Source: Octopus sinensis (Eukaryota). Taken from it: a stretch of DNA of 64,000 nt. The stretch is taken from positions 14,756,001 through 14,820,000 of the forward strand of contig NC_043000.1 in NCBI RefSeq assembly GCF_006345805.1. Reading direction: 5' to 3'. Shown piece by piece: positions 24,113 through 35,373 of this stretch (position 1 is its first letter; every line of letters begins with the position of its first letter). The notes below the pieces were generated by a model. That model was not told the origin of the DNA, did no database searches, and saw only the letters and a list, made by a program, of their open reading frames with translations. The position numbers and the translations under genes were made by a program.

Positions 24113-24509
24113 CAGCACTGGATTAACCATTCAGCAAAATAACCTTGTATTTAGGGCATCAAGGTGTGGGTGGGGGAACCACAAAATGGTAAATGGTCTA
24201 TGGCACAAAAGAAATCATTTTAAACTTGCTAAGATATTTGAAGTGGTTTATGTGATCAGAAATATACTTTCAGAGTGTTCATGGTGTCATAGTGAGAATC
24301 TGATCAAAGACTTTGCAATTAAAATGAGAAAACTTTTCAAATATAAACAATAAAATAAACATTTTTCGTTTTATTGTTACTTTTGCTTCATTTGGAAAAA
24401 TAAGGATTTATTTTATGGTTTATTGTTTATATTTTGAATCACATATATATATGGTGACACCAAAATCTTTTAAAGACTTAGGGCCTCTGTGGGTTCTAAT
24501 CCAGCCCTA
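24113..24509 (+). mobile_element. Non-autonomous hAT DNA transposon
   Basis: Perfect 8-bp TSD ATCACATC (24105-24112, 24510-24517); imperfect TIR cagcactggatta / taatccagcccta; remnant ENLIKDFAIKMRKL near 24294-24340 resembles hAT transposase C-termini. Confidence 0.82.
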
Positions 24510-25096
24510 ATCACATCAGCTGTACCAAAATGTCTGTGCCAAAACATTACATGCCCATTTTTTTTTAAAGGTATATTTTTTTTTTTATTCATCTTACTGA
24601 CTTTAGTTGGGGTTAGGGTTTAGTAAGATGAAAAGGGTTAGTGCCCAGGATCTTCATAGGCTTTCTAGGACTCATTAATGTTTTAGTTAGAGCATCTGTA
24701 AACCAACTTCTGATGGTTTTGCACTAAGTATGATATATGCAACCAACCAATTGCTTACAAGTGCTAATAGACACTTCTTCCAATAATATACAACAACCAA
24801 ATGTAGAACAAAAACCAATTCTAGAAACAACTACAACAATAAAAAATAATGCTGGTATTTCCTTATTTCAGCTCATCAGATGTAAAAATAAAATGTTAAT
24901 TACCATCAGATCTCATTATAAACTAATAATTTTCTTTATGTTGAGTTATGCAGACTTGTAGGAAAGTAAACTTGTTTATGATGAGACAGGATGTATATAA
25001 ACAAGTGGGGTTTTTTTTTATTATACTTTTTTTCTGTTTTTACTGTTGTTAATTTTTTTAATTATGTATTTATTGAGTGTCTTTTTGCAATTTCAG

Positions 25097-25176
25097 GGTT
25101 TTGATAACAAAGGCAAACCTCTGTTAATTGTCTATTTTCGTGTACAATTTTATGTTGATGAAGTTTGCTTATTAAG
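25097..25176 (+). CDS. FRMD6: FERM protein exon: GFDNKGKPLLIVYFRVQFYVDEVCLL(R)
   Basis: tttcag| acceptor and AG|gtaagc donor; carries the FRVQFYV FERM F1/F2 boundary motif; phase 0 in, phase 2 out. Confidence 0.92.
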
Positions 25177-25224
25177 GTAAGCTACAAAGGTGTTCTCTCT
25201 CTCTCTTCTGAAGTGACTGATCAT

Positions 25225-25600
25225 TGTTTTATGTATGTGTGTGAGCTTCCTTAATGGCATTAGACTCTGGCCATGCTGGAGCACTGCCTTGAAGAATTTT
25301 TGGTCATCCGAATCGCCCCTAGTTTTTATTTTTTTAAATCCTGGTATTCTGTTGATCTCTTCTGCCAAACCGCTAAGGAACAGGGACAAAAACACACTGG
25401 TTGTCAAGTGGTGGCATATCAATCTATATATATATATATATTATATATATATACGATGGGCTTCTTTCAGTTTCTATCTATCAAATCCACTCACAAGGCT
25501 TTGGTAGGCCCAAGGCTATAGTAGAAGACACTTGCCCGAGGTGGCACACAGTGGGACTGAACCCAGAACCATGTGGTTGGTAAGCAAGCTACTTACTACA
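25225..25600 (-). mobile_element. SINE family S1 (diverged)
   Basis: Head and body match; begins about 50 nt after the exon donor at 25177. Confidence 0.75.
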
Positions 25601-25614
25601 TGTGTGTATGTATG

Positions 25615-25649
<35 letters not shown>

Positions 25650-26331
25650 GTTTAAAGAAAACAGAATACACATAGAATATATACTTTTTAATCATTGCAC
25701 AGTCATATTAAGTTCTTCATTTTTTCCTATGTGATATTTCAGCCATTTGTTAGTGTTCGTACTTTCACTTTAAAGTATGTTACGATGTAATAAATAAACA
25801 ATGGCCTCTTCTGGGCATTTTATATATATATGTGTGTGTATGCATGCATGCATACACGTGCGTGCACAGAAACTATGTAACTGAAAGAAAGGGCTTACAA
25901 TCTGTGCCCATCATAGTTTGCTAATATTGAAGCCAGAGATTGAAGATCTTTAATATTTTGACCCAAAATAAGGGTTAGAGATTTTTTTTTGATGAAAAAT
26001 GATGATATGGGAGGATTTGTCTGACAGACATGGTGTGGTAAAGGAGGTTTTACTATAAGATATGATTAATGATAGTCAGAATAAGAGATCTGGCACAGAC
26101 ACCTAACTTCTTTGATACTATACTTTCTATATATCGGTTGGAGGTTCTCAAAGTAACTGGAAACTGTACCCTAGATGTTACCCTCAGAAACACATCCACT
26201 CTTCTTGTTTTCATTTTAACCCTTGATTTTTTAGCATCTAACTTTTATGTGTGTGTGTGTGAAATCTTTATCAACAGCAAGACTAACAGCTCATTAAAAT
26301 ATTAAGTTAGACCTTAACTATCTTTTTATTA

Positions 26332-26367
<36 letters not shown>

Positions 26368-26813
26368 TAATTTAGAAAAAACCCACCTTTTATCAATTCA
26401 ATCATCGGTATATTATTGTTAATTTAATTTTAATATTTCTATTATATGTAATTTTCTAGATGGTGTAATTTAATTGTTCATTTTGAATTGATAAAAGGTG
26501 GTATTTTCTAATTTTTATATATATATTATATTTTGTGAAATTTGATTTAGTATTTCTAAATTGAATTTTTCCCTGTAAGTTAGGAATAATATTCCTTCAA
26601 ATTATTATTATATATATGTGTGTGTGTGTGTGTCTATTTTAAATTCACTTGTTTCTAATTCTATGTACAATAAACTTCCTAAATTATTTTATATTAGTTT
26701 TTGTATTAATTCCATGCTACATGTGTTGCCATAATCCATGATACATGTATTGCCCTGGTCCGTGTCACATGCACTGCTATATTCTAAAGTTCCTATATTT
26801 TCATTCCTTTCAG

Positions 26814-27003
26814 GGAAAAAGTAACTAGACATTTGTACTATCTACAGTTGAAAGAGAATGTTTTGAAATACCGGCACTTCTGCAGTAAGGAACGTTGTTT
26901 CCAGTTGGCAGCTTTTGCTCTACAGGCTGATTTTGGTAACTACTATCCAGAAAAGCATAAATCTGGAGACTATTTTGATCCTCGAAAATATTTCCCTGCT
27001 TGG
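26814..27003 (+). CDS. FRMD6: FERM F2 exon: EKVTRHLYYLQLKENVLKYRHFCSKERCFQLAAFALQADFGNY...YFDPRKYFPAW
   Basis: cctttcag| acceptor and TGG|gtaaga donor; LAAFALQADFG and YFPxW are FRMD6/Expanded F2 hallmarks; 190 nt = 1+189. Confidence 0.95.
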
Positions 27004-27394
27004 GTAAGACCCTGTCTTATTAATCTTTTTTTATTCCTTTGAAATAAAACATAGTGCTGTTTCTGCACTGAAGAAATCAATAATTTTTATAAAACACAAA
27101 GAATCAGGGTGGTGGTGTTTAAAATTGTGTAAAAAAAAAATATATATCTAACAAAGGAACAAATATTCATTCATTCATGGAATATCTCAAAGCACACACT
27201 CAAAGCTATAAATAATAGTTTGAGATTCAATGTCGCAGAAGAGAATTATTTCACATTCTCTCAAAAGCTCCCCACTTCTCTCTCTCTTTTACACACACAC
27301 ACATCTGGTCTGATAAGAGCTGGTGACCTAGAGGACTGCACCACATTCCAATATCTGCTTTGGCATGGTTTCTAAGACCAGATGCCCTTACAAT

Positions 27395-27626
27395 AGGTGG
27401 CAAGCTGGCAGAACTGTTAGCACGCCGGGCGAAATGCGTAGCTGTATTTCGTCTGCCGTTACATTCTGAGTTCAAATTCCGCCAAAGCCAACTTTGCCTT
27501 TCATCCTTTTGGGGTCGATAAATTAAGTACCAGTTATGCACTGGTGTCGATATAATCGACTTTATCCGTTTGTCTGTCCTTGTTTATCCTCTCTGTGTTT
27601 AGCCCCTTGTGGGTAGTAAAGAAATA
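27395..27626 (+). mobile_element. SINE family S2
   Basis: 16-bp TSD agatgcccttacaata (27380-27395 / 27626-27641). Confidence 0.88.
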
Positions 27627-27889
27627 GATGCCCTTACAATAATCATCTTAGAGAGTGTAATGAGTACTGTTTACATAGCAGCAGTGGTGCTAGTGAATTT
27701 GAGTAACTCACCAAATAAGACCTCTCAACTAGGAGATAGCCGGGTAGTATTGAGAGAAGTGGCTTTATGCCAGATGATGAAAGATTAAGGTGTGGCAGAG
27801 AGACAGGAACAAGTGTCCTGCTGTAGGGGAGATGCATGGTTACCCCATTTGATAAAACCTTACATAATTCTGACTAGTATAATAAATCA

Positions 27890-28437
27890 AAATCAAATTC
27901 GATGACTGGCATCCGTGCTAGTGGGGTGCAAAGAGCATCATACGAGTGTGATCGTTAACAGAGCGGCTAACCGGCTTCCATGCTAGTGGAACATAAAAGT
28001 ACCATTTGAGTGTGATCGTTACCAGCGTCGCCTTACTGGCACTTGAGCCCTGTGCTAGTAGGGTGCTAAGAGTACCATCCGAGCATGATCATTGCCAGAG
28101 CGGCTAACTGGCCTCCGTGCCAGTGGCATGTAAAAGGCACCTTCCGAGCGTGATCGTTACCAGGATCGCCTTACTGGCACCTGTGCCAGTGACATGTGTA
28201 AAAAGATTCCAGCGAGGTCGTTGCCGGTACCGCCTGACTGGCCCCCATGCTGGTGGTACGTAAAAGCACCCACTACACTCTCGGAGTGGTTGGCGTTAGG
28301 AAGGGCATCCAGCTGTAGAAACTCTGCCAGATCAAGATTGAAGCCTTGTGCAGCCATCTGGTTCGCCAGCCCTCAGTCAAATCGTCCAACCCATGCTAGC
28401 ATGGAAAGCGGATGTTAAACAATGATGATGATGATTT
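27890..28437 (+). mobile_element. Family S4, subfamily b (long copy, several modules)
   Basis: Repeated gagtgtgatcgtt...gtgctagtgg modules, then the shared 3' end. Confidence 0.8.
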
Positions 28438-28504
28438 GATTTTTAATTATTGCTTTGGGGATGATGTCAAACTTTGCTTCATTTTTCTGTGTATTTTGTT
28501 GCAG

Positions 28505-28729
28505 ATGGTTGGGGAACATGGTAAAGAATACCTCATTGAAAATGCTCCCAAGATGCATAAAGAACAACATGATGTCACAAGGAATGAAGCAGAACTGAAA
28601 TTTATTCGAGAGTCTATTAAATATCCTGCTGCTCATAACTTACATTTTTACCGTTTAAAGAAGAAGAAAACAGACAAAATTTGGAATGCATGGCTGGGTA
28701 TCTGTCCCAAGGGGGTAGAAATTTATGAG
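28505..28729 (+). CDS. FRMD6: FERM F2/F3 exon: MVGEHGKEYLIENAPKMHKEQ...HNLHFYRLKKKK...WLGICPKGVEIYE
   Basis: ttgcag| acceptor and GAG|gtaagt donor; 225 nt, phase 0/0; HFYRL and LGIxxxGVEIY are F3 motifs. Confidence 0.95.
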
Positions 28730-28889
28730 GTAAGTTCATTGGTTTTTTTTGCTAACATTTTGTGTCTGTGTGTGTTGTTGGTTTTGTGCAAGTATTTTGT
28801 ATTTCATGTCATGAGTTCAATCATGTTGTCTGATCATGTCTATTGTGTACCCCATGATTGTGCGTGAGTCCAAATATTTCTTCTGGTTG

Positions 28890-29127
28890 TGGAGGCGCGT
28901 GGCTTAGTGGTTAGGGTGTCAGCATCATGATCGTAAGATTGTGGTTTCGATTTCTGGACCGGGCGACGCGTTGTATTCTTGAGCAAAACACTTTATTTCA
29001 CATTGCTCCAGTCCACTCAGCTGGCAAAAATGAGTAACGCTGCGAGGGACTGGCGTCCCATCCAGCTGGGGAACACATACACCATTGAAACCGGGCTCAT
29101 GAGTCTGGTTAGGCTTTAAAAGGGCAC
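28890..29127 (+). mobile_element. tRNA-derived SINE family S6
   Basis: Head tggaggcgcgtggcttagtggttaggg...tttcgat, then ttgagcaaaacactttatttcacattgctccag. Relatives lie at 52230-52415 (-), 62840-63126 (-) and 49175-49382 (partial). Confidence 0.7.
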
Positions 29128-29378
29128 TTTTTTTTTTTTCTTCTGATTAAGTAATGAGATTGGTGGGGTGCACACTTCATGCATACCCCTACTTATTTGC
29201 TTCTGGTGTGCATTTATGTATGCCATTGGCCTGATGATTATATATATATGTATGTCTGTGTGTTTGTATGTAAGTGTATTAATCTCTGTATGGTGGTGAT
29301 GGTGGTGGTGGTTGTGATTGATACTTAAAATGAATGTCTTGTGTGAATTGTGTTTCACTTTTCTGCTTCTTATTTCAG

Positions 29379-29450
29379 GAAATGACTGAAGACTTCAAGA
29401 GTCTTCTCTCGACATTTCTGTGGCCAGACATAGAAAAGTTATATTTCGAT
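29379..29450 (+). CDS. FRMD6: FERM F3 exon: EMTEDFKSLLSTFLWPDIEKLYFD
   Basis: tatttcag| acceptor and GAT|gtaagt donor; 72 nt, phase 0/0; FxWxxIxKLxF motif. Confidence 0.93.
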
Positions 29451-29865
29451 GTAAGTATATTGTTTCATCCCTTTTATGTACTGTTACACACAACAGTACA
29501 AATATTGTGTGGCTCCAGTTTAATAATCTTACCACTATTGTTAGTATGTTGGTATTTGTATATTGTTATAAATTTCACAAGACCATACGGCCGCAGTCAG
29601 AATGACTGAAACTAGTAAAAGAATATGGAAATATCAATGCTTAGGAGCCTTCAAGTGCTTCAAATACTTGAACACTGGCATTCTTTCACGAAGATGTGAA
29701 GTCACTAATCTTTTATTCTGATAGTCCATTCTTCTAGTATTTCTTATTTCACCATCCTTAACAATAATGATAATAGTAATAATATCTTCTTTTGTACATC
29801 ATGGAAAGATTGGACTCTGTACTATAAGTTAACAAAACACTAATCAACCATTTGCTCATCTGAAA

Positions 29866-30349
29866 TACCGTAAATCCTCAAGTATAGCTCGCCCTTGAGT
29901 ATAATACGCAGGGGATTTTTAGGGGGCTGTACCTCTGAAAAACCTAAACCTTGTGTATAATACGCACCCCTTCTCTATCTTGAGTCAAGGAGGTCCATAT
30001 AATGTCCTTGGTTTGTAAAAATGTATACGTTAACGTCCTTTATTATTATTGTATATATAACATAATGCAAACGTGTAGCTTTTTTGTGCATTTTGTTTGC
30101 AGAAAATAAAGAAATAACAGTAATAACGTTTAATAAATGCTGCTTACTGCAAGTTATGGATGATTTATGGTATTTTCGCGCCTGACATCACAAAATGCGT
30201 CTGAATAAACATTGCCGGACAGCAAATAGGGACTCGGACATTGCTTAGAAAATAATTTTCATTTTTAACCTCGTATATAGTACACACTAGGGATTTTGAC
30301 CTTTAAATTTTGAGGAAAAAGTGCGGATTATACTCGAGGATTTATGGTA
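29866..30349. mobile_element. Tc2/pogo-like MITE
   Basis: TA-flanked TIRs ccgtaaatcctcaagtata / tatactcgaggatttatgg, plus subterminal tataatacgca repeats. Confidence 0.8.
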
Positions 30350-30797
30350 GTTAACTGCAAACCCTCTTCCCCTAGCTGCACTCAGCTTTCCTCTGCTGTT
30401 GCCCAAATTCCAGTTCATTTTCCTAGTAGTCCTTCTTTGTTCTGCAGATAGTCAAGCTGAATATTAACTACATCACTTTCACCAGTTTGGGATGAAGAAG
30501 AGCCTGCAAATATTACAAGCATTGACTCCCTTTCTCTGATTATTTTACATCATAAAAAAGCTAAACAATTATGCTGTGCCTCCCCAGAGTGACTATTCGC
30601 AACATGGTACTCAATCAGGAAAGGTATCTTATCAGGGACATAGTACAGTACCAATAATGTTATGAAGTAAAGATTGACCATTAAACCAGTAGCTTAATGA
30701 CTTAAATCTTATTAAACATAAATTATTCCCTTTCATTATGTTCTAAATTTTGACTTACATTTTTTTAACCTGTTTTTGTTGATATTTTTTTTCATAG

Positions 30798-30969
30798 AAA
30801 AAGAAGTTTGAAATTCGTTCAGTTGGTAAACCAGAAGGACGCAAGTTTACTTACTATACAGACAGTGATGCCAAATCTAAATACATTCTGTCCATATGTC
30901 GTAATACTCATATGTTCCATTTGGAACTGGAGCCAAAATTGATGGAAATTCGACACTTACAGGCAGAAG
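30798..30969 (+). CDS. FRMD6: FERM F3 end exon: KKKFEIRSVGKPEGRKFTYYTDSDAKSKYILSICRNTHMFHLELEPKLMEIRHLQAE
   Basis: ttttcatag| acceptor and AAG|gtaagt donor; 172 nt = 171+1; KKFEI...YYT...H pattern of the FRMD6/Expanded PH-like lobe. Not in the ORF track. Confidence 0.93.
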
Positions 30970-31049
30970 GTAAGTGTCTCTTCAATCAGGGATTAATTTT
31001 GCTTCTGCCTCTTTTTTCTCTTTTTTCTCTTCATTCATTTTGTATGTCA

Positions 31050-31120
31050 TAATAATGATAATAATGAAATTATTGTATACAGTGCTCAGGTGCACCACAA
31101 CTTGTCAAAAGTGCGTTAGC
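31050..31120 (-). mobile_element. CR1 3' UTR stub
   Basis: aatgaaattattgtatacagtgctcaggtgcaccacaacttgtcaaaagtgc. Confidence 0.7.
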
Positions 31121-31539
31121 TTCTTCCAGGTTTCTTGGAGCTAAGTGATTGAGGCTCACTAAGTTTCCCGGATAGTATGTCAGTCCGATGTAGGCTTTGC
31201 ACATAGGTGTAGAGTTCAGCACTACAAGTTAATAAAAACTTAGTACACCTATTGCTTCCTGTAGTGAAGTGTACCTACTAATGCCATGGTGTATGAATGT
31301 AGTGGCTTTCCTGTAGAAGCAGTGCAAAATGCTTCCTAAATTGCCCTTAGTGGAATATCTGAGATGTTGATGGCAAACATTGATGAGTTCACAATATCAG
31401 GTGACAAGTTAGTCAGTTAGGCCAGAGGCGACAAGAAGAAGATTGGGAGGATTATAGGGAAATGACTGAGATCTAAGTTGCACCTGAATTGACTGAATAG
31501 GGGTTAAAGAGATTGCACTGAAAGATATTCAGTTGGATT

Positions 31540-31985
31540 TGGGGCAAGTGAAATCAGAATCGAAATTGAACCAATTCTATGACTGGCACCCGGCAGTGGC
31601 CAGTGCTGCTGGACTGACTCCTGTGCAGGTGGCAAGTAAAGAAACACCGTTTTGACCCTGTGCTTGAGGAGACCTATTGAGTCAAGTACATCAACATCAA
31701 AAATCAATGGAAATTATAGTTGTGATCCCTGTGCCGGTGGCACGTAAAAAGCACCAACCGATCGTGGCCGTTGCCAGCCTCGCCTGGCACCTGTGCCAGT
31801 GGTATGTAAAAAGCACCCACTACACTCACAGAGTGGTTGGCATTAGGAAGGGCATCCAGCTGTAGAAACACTGCCAGATCAGACTGGAGCCTGGTGCAGC
31901 CTTCTGGCTTCCCAGATCCCTAGTCGAACCATCCAACCCATGCTAGCATGGAAAGCGGACGTTAAACGATGATTATGATGATGAT
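31540..31985 (+). mobile_element. Family S4
   Basis: 5' part matches 9845-9915; (GAT)n tail. Confidence 0.8.
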
Positions 31986-32166
31986 ATATAATTGAAACAG
32001 TATTTTACATTTTCAGAAAGTAAAAAATAAGAAAAATCGTTTTGCATGTAGTTTCATGGGATATAAATTATGCAAATTTAGGCCTTTAATTAAAAATAAT
32101 AAAATGGATAACATTGCCCCTAATTTTTAGCTTTGAAAAATCTGGTGGGGAAATGTGCATATTATA

Positions 32167-32541
32167 CAATCCGAATCGTGGCCGATGCCAGCGCCGCCTC
32201 GACTGGCTTCCGTGTCAGTGGCACGTAAAAAGCACCATCCAAATCGTGGCCGAAGCCAGTGCCGCCTCGACTGGCTTCTGTGCAGGTGGCACGTAAAATG
32301 CACCAATCCGACCGTGGCCGATGCCAGCCTCGCCTGGCACCAGTGCAGGTGGCACGTAAAAAGCACCCACTACACTCACAGAGTGATTGGCGTTAGGAAG
32401 GGCATCCAGCTGTAGAAACATTGCCAGATAAGACCGGAGCCTGGTGCAGCCTTCTGGCTTCCCAGATCCCCAGTCGAACCGTCCAACCCATGCTAGCATG
32501 GAGAACGGACGTTAAACGATGATGATGATGATGATGATGAT
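32167..32541 (+). mobile_element. Family S4
   Basis: Three modules; tail ends about 27 nt before the exon acceptor at 32568. Confidence 0.8.
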
Positions 32542-32568
32542 ATATGAACATTTATTATTTATTTTCAG

Positions 32569-32775
32569 ATAAGCGAAGATATCGTGAATCATATATCTAT
32601 AGTGATGCACGTGATATGGTAGCTAATGGTGGTTTGGTGTGGAACACACCATCAGGAACAGGAAGGGGTACTACTGGGGTTGTACAACGTTGTTCAGTTG
32701 TCAGTGATGCTAGTTCTAACACCACATCAGGCATTGTTAGTGACAAGGTACCAGTAAGTTTTGATGAAAATGAAG
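32569..32775 (+). CDS. FRMD6: Post-FERM exon: (D)KRRYRESYIYSD...RCSVVSDASSNTTSGIVSDKVPVSFDENE
   Basis: attttcag| acceptor and AAG|gtaagg donor; phase 1/1. YRESYIxSD matches FRMD6. TSGIVS (32724-32741) matches the Expanded Slimb degron. Confidence 0.92.
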
Positions 32776-33599
32776 GTAAGGAGGACATGTCTAATCATTT
32801 TCTTCTGTTCTGCTATTATTATGTGTGTGTGTGTGGATGGATGCAACATGGTCAAATGGTCGAGAAGTTCACTATGCAATCACAAGGACCTTTGTTCAAT
32901 CCTACTTTGTGGCCTGTGGACAAGGGTCTTTTATCATTGCTTCAAGTCAACGCAAGCCTTGTGAGTGAAACTGGGAAGATGGAAATTACACGGAAGCCTG
33001 TGAGATGCTTATCAAAGGTACAACCTGGTCACACATTGTGTCCCATTGACTGTACTTGAGGATATGTTAATGGTGTGTTTGTCTGTGGAATACTCACCCA
33101 CTTATTAATTCAATGAGCAAGAAATTCAGTTGAGTAAATAAACGAATCCTCATCACTGAAATCAATAGATCTTTTTACTTAGATTTACAAACTTGTATGG
33201 TATAAGTTCTTTGATCCTCAGTGGTGTTGTTATTGCAGTTGGAGTTGTGCTTACTACGGTTGTTGATTTAGGTGTACTTATCCAAGAGTGTGACTTGTGT
33301 TCTTGGTACCACAGCTTGGTTGAGCAAAGATCTAGTTGCTGTACTATTTGTTTTGGGGACACTGTGAAACCGTTGTTAAATGTCTGTTTATGTGTTAACA
33401 GATCATGGAAGAGAAATCATTATTGACAGTCCACCCAGGTCAAATGTGTTGGGTACACCTAGTCAAGGACAGAACAAATTTTCCCTCCAGCCTAGAGAAG
33501 TTCATTCTGTACCCTCCTTATCAGGTTTGTCTCTCTCATTTTTACCATCTGTATACTGAAAGGTTATCACCATTATCATTATTTAACATCTGTTTTCTA

Positions 33600-33907
33600 C
33601 ACTAGCATGAGTTGTATGGTTTGACAGGTGCTGGCCACCTGGAGTGCCGCACCAGGCTCCAATTGCCTGTTTTGGCATCGTTTCTGTCGCTTGATGCTCT
33701 TCCTAATGCCAACCATTTTACAGAGTATATTGGGTGCTTTGTACATGGTATCATTGGATTTTTGTATAGGAAGGGCATCCAGCTGTAGAAACTCTGCCAG
33801 ATCAAGACTGGAGCCTGGTGCAGCCATCTGGTTCGCCAGCCCACAGTCAAAATCATCCAACCCATGTTAGCATGGAAAGCGGATGTTAAACAATAATGAT
33901 GATGATG
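33600..33907. mobile_element. Two S4 3' ends in inverted orientation
   Basis: Diverged minus copy 33600-33765 is fused to a plus S4b 3' end 33767-33907. Confidence 0.7.
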
Positions 33908-34632
33908 TTAAAGCTGGTCTTTTAACAATCATATTACTATTAACCACTTAAAATGGAAATCAGACTGATGCTCATTTTCTATCAAATTATATTTGGTAAG
34001 CCAAGTAATAAGGTTTGCTTAGTTTTGCTGAGATAAAACTTTGAGGTTAACCTTTATCTGTTGGTCATGCTGAGCAAAATAAGACAGATATAACTAAGCA
34101 TGAATTCTGTTAAGCAAGTATTGGCAAGAAATATGTCTTCTTTTAAATTCAGAAACAGTTAAACTCAGGACCTTTGAGATATCTTAATATTGCAACATAT
34201 AAGGATCCATATTTTGTTTTAAAATAATTTTGTTGAAATACATCTAGAGATACAGTTAATTAGCTATATATCATGTTTGTTGTGATTACATTCTTGGCAC
34301 TCTAAACATTGAACTAAAAATGTTTCTTTTTTGTACACATTGAAAGCTTCATCCATTTTTGTTGTGTTCCCTTACTGCTACATATTGCTTTCCCTTCTAG
34401 ATTGAGAATAATTCCTTGCTTCACTTAATACGTTAATCCTACCTTGTTATCAACCACTTTCCAGTAGTAATTCTGTGGTTGGTTTAAAAATGGTTTTCAA
34501 CAGTATGCCTGTTACGTTTTGTAAAATACAAGTTGGCTTAAGTTACATTTTATTAGATTAAGGTGTGTGCTGACTTGAGATTTAGAACATAACCTCATGA
34601 TCTTCAGTGTAGTTAGTGATGACAATTTGGTG

Positions 34633-34960
34633 CTAAACATAGAGGGGACAAACAAAGACAGTCAAAGGGATTAAGTCGATTACATCGACCCCAGTATACA
34701 ACTGGTACTTAATTTTGTCGACCCTGAAAGGATGAAAGGCAAAGTCGACCCCGGCGGAATTTGAACTCAGAACGTAACGGCAGACGGAATACCGCTAAGC
34801 ATTTTGCCCGAGTTCAAATTCTGCCAAGGTCAACTTAGCTTTTCATCCTTTCAAGGTCGATGAATTAAGTACCAGTCGAGTACTGGGGCGATGTGATCAA
34901 CTGTCCCCCTCCTCACAAAATCCAGGTCATGCGCCTATAGTAGAAAGGATTATTTAGTTA
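34633..34960. mobile_element. Two S2 fragments in inverted orientation
   Basis: Minus copy 34633-34810 is abutted by a plus-strand partial from 34810. Confidence 0.75.
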
Positions 34961-35373
34961 GTCTTCTGAATTCTTTCATTTCAGAGTTAATAAAATAAAC
35001 GCTAGTCAATTATTGCAGCCAATTCAAGTGACTCTGCTCTTCTTACAAAACTTAGTGATAGTCTGCTAGCGCATTTAAAAACTATTAGCATTGGACAAAA
35101 GCCTTAGGATATTAGATGTGGCTTTTTCATGTCCTGATTTTAAATTTTGGCAAGCTCACCTTCACTCTCAGTCCTTTTGGAGACAATGAAGTACCACTGA
35201 AAATAGGGGTCAGTTTACTCAATTAATCCCTCTTGCCAAATAACAGGTATTGAGCCTGTATAAGACATTACCATTGAAAAATTACTTATAAAAAGATTAA
35301 GACTTAATCATAAATGTAGAGTTTATGGATCAATTTATTTTTGTTATTTCAATCTTTTTTTTCCCCCCACTAG

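Noticed and set aside
35325-35373. ATG at 35325 as a protein start (ORF 35325-36770), and ATG 62494 as the IQCC start
   Set aside because: ATG 35325 lies in the intron upstream of the strong acceptor at 35373, and ATG 62494 is an internal Met 11 codons into an exon opened by the acceptor at 62528. Both ORFs are internal exons with intronic read-through ends.
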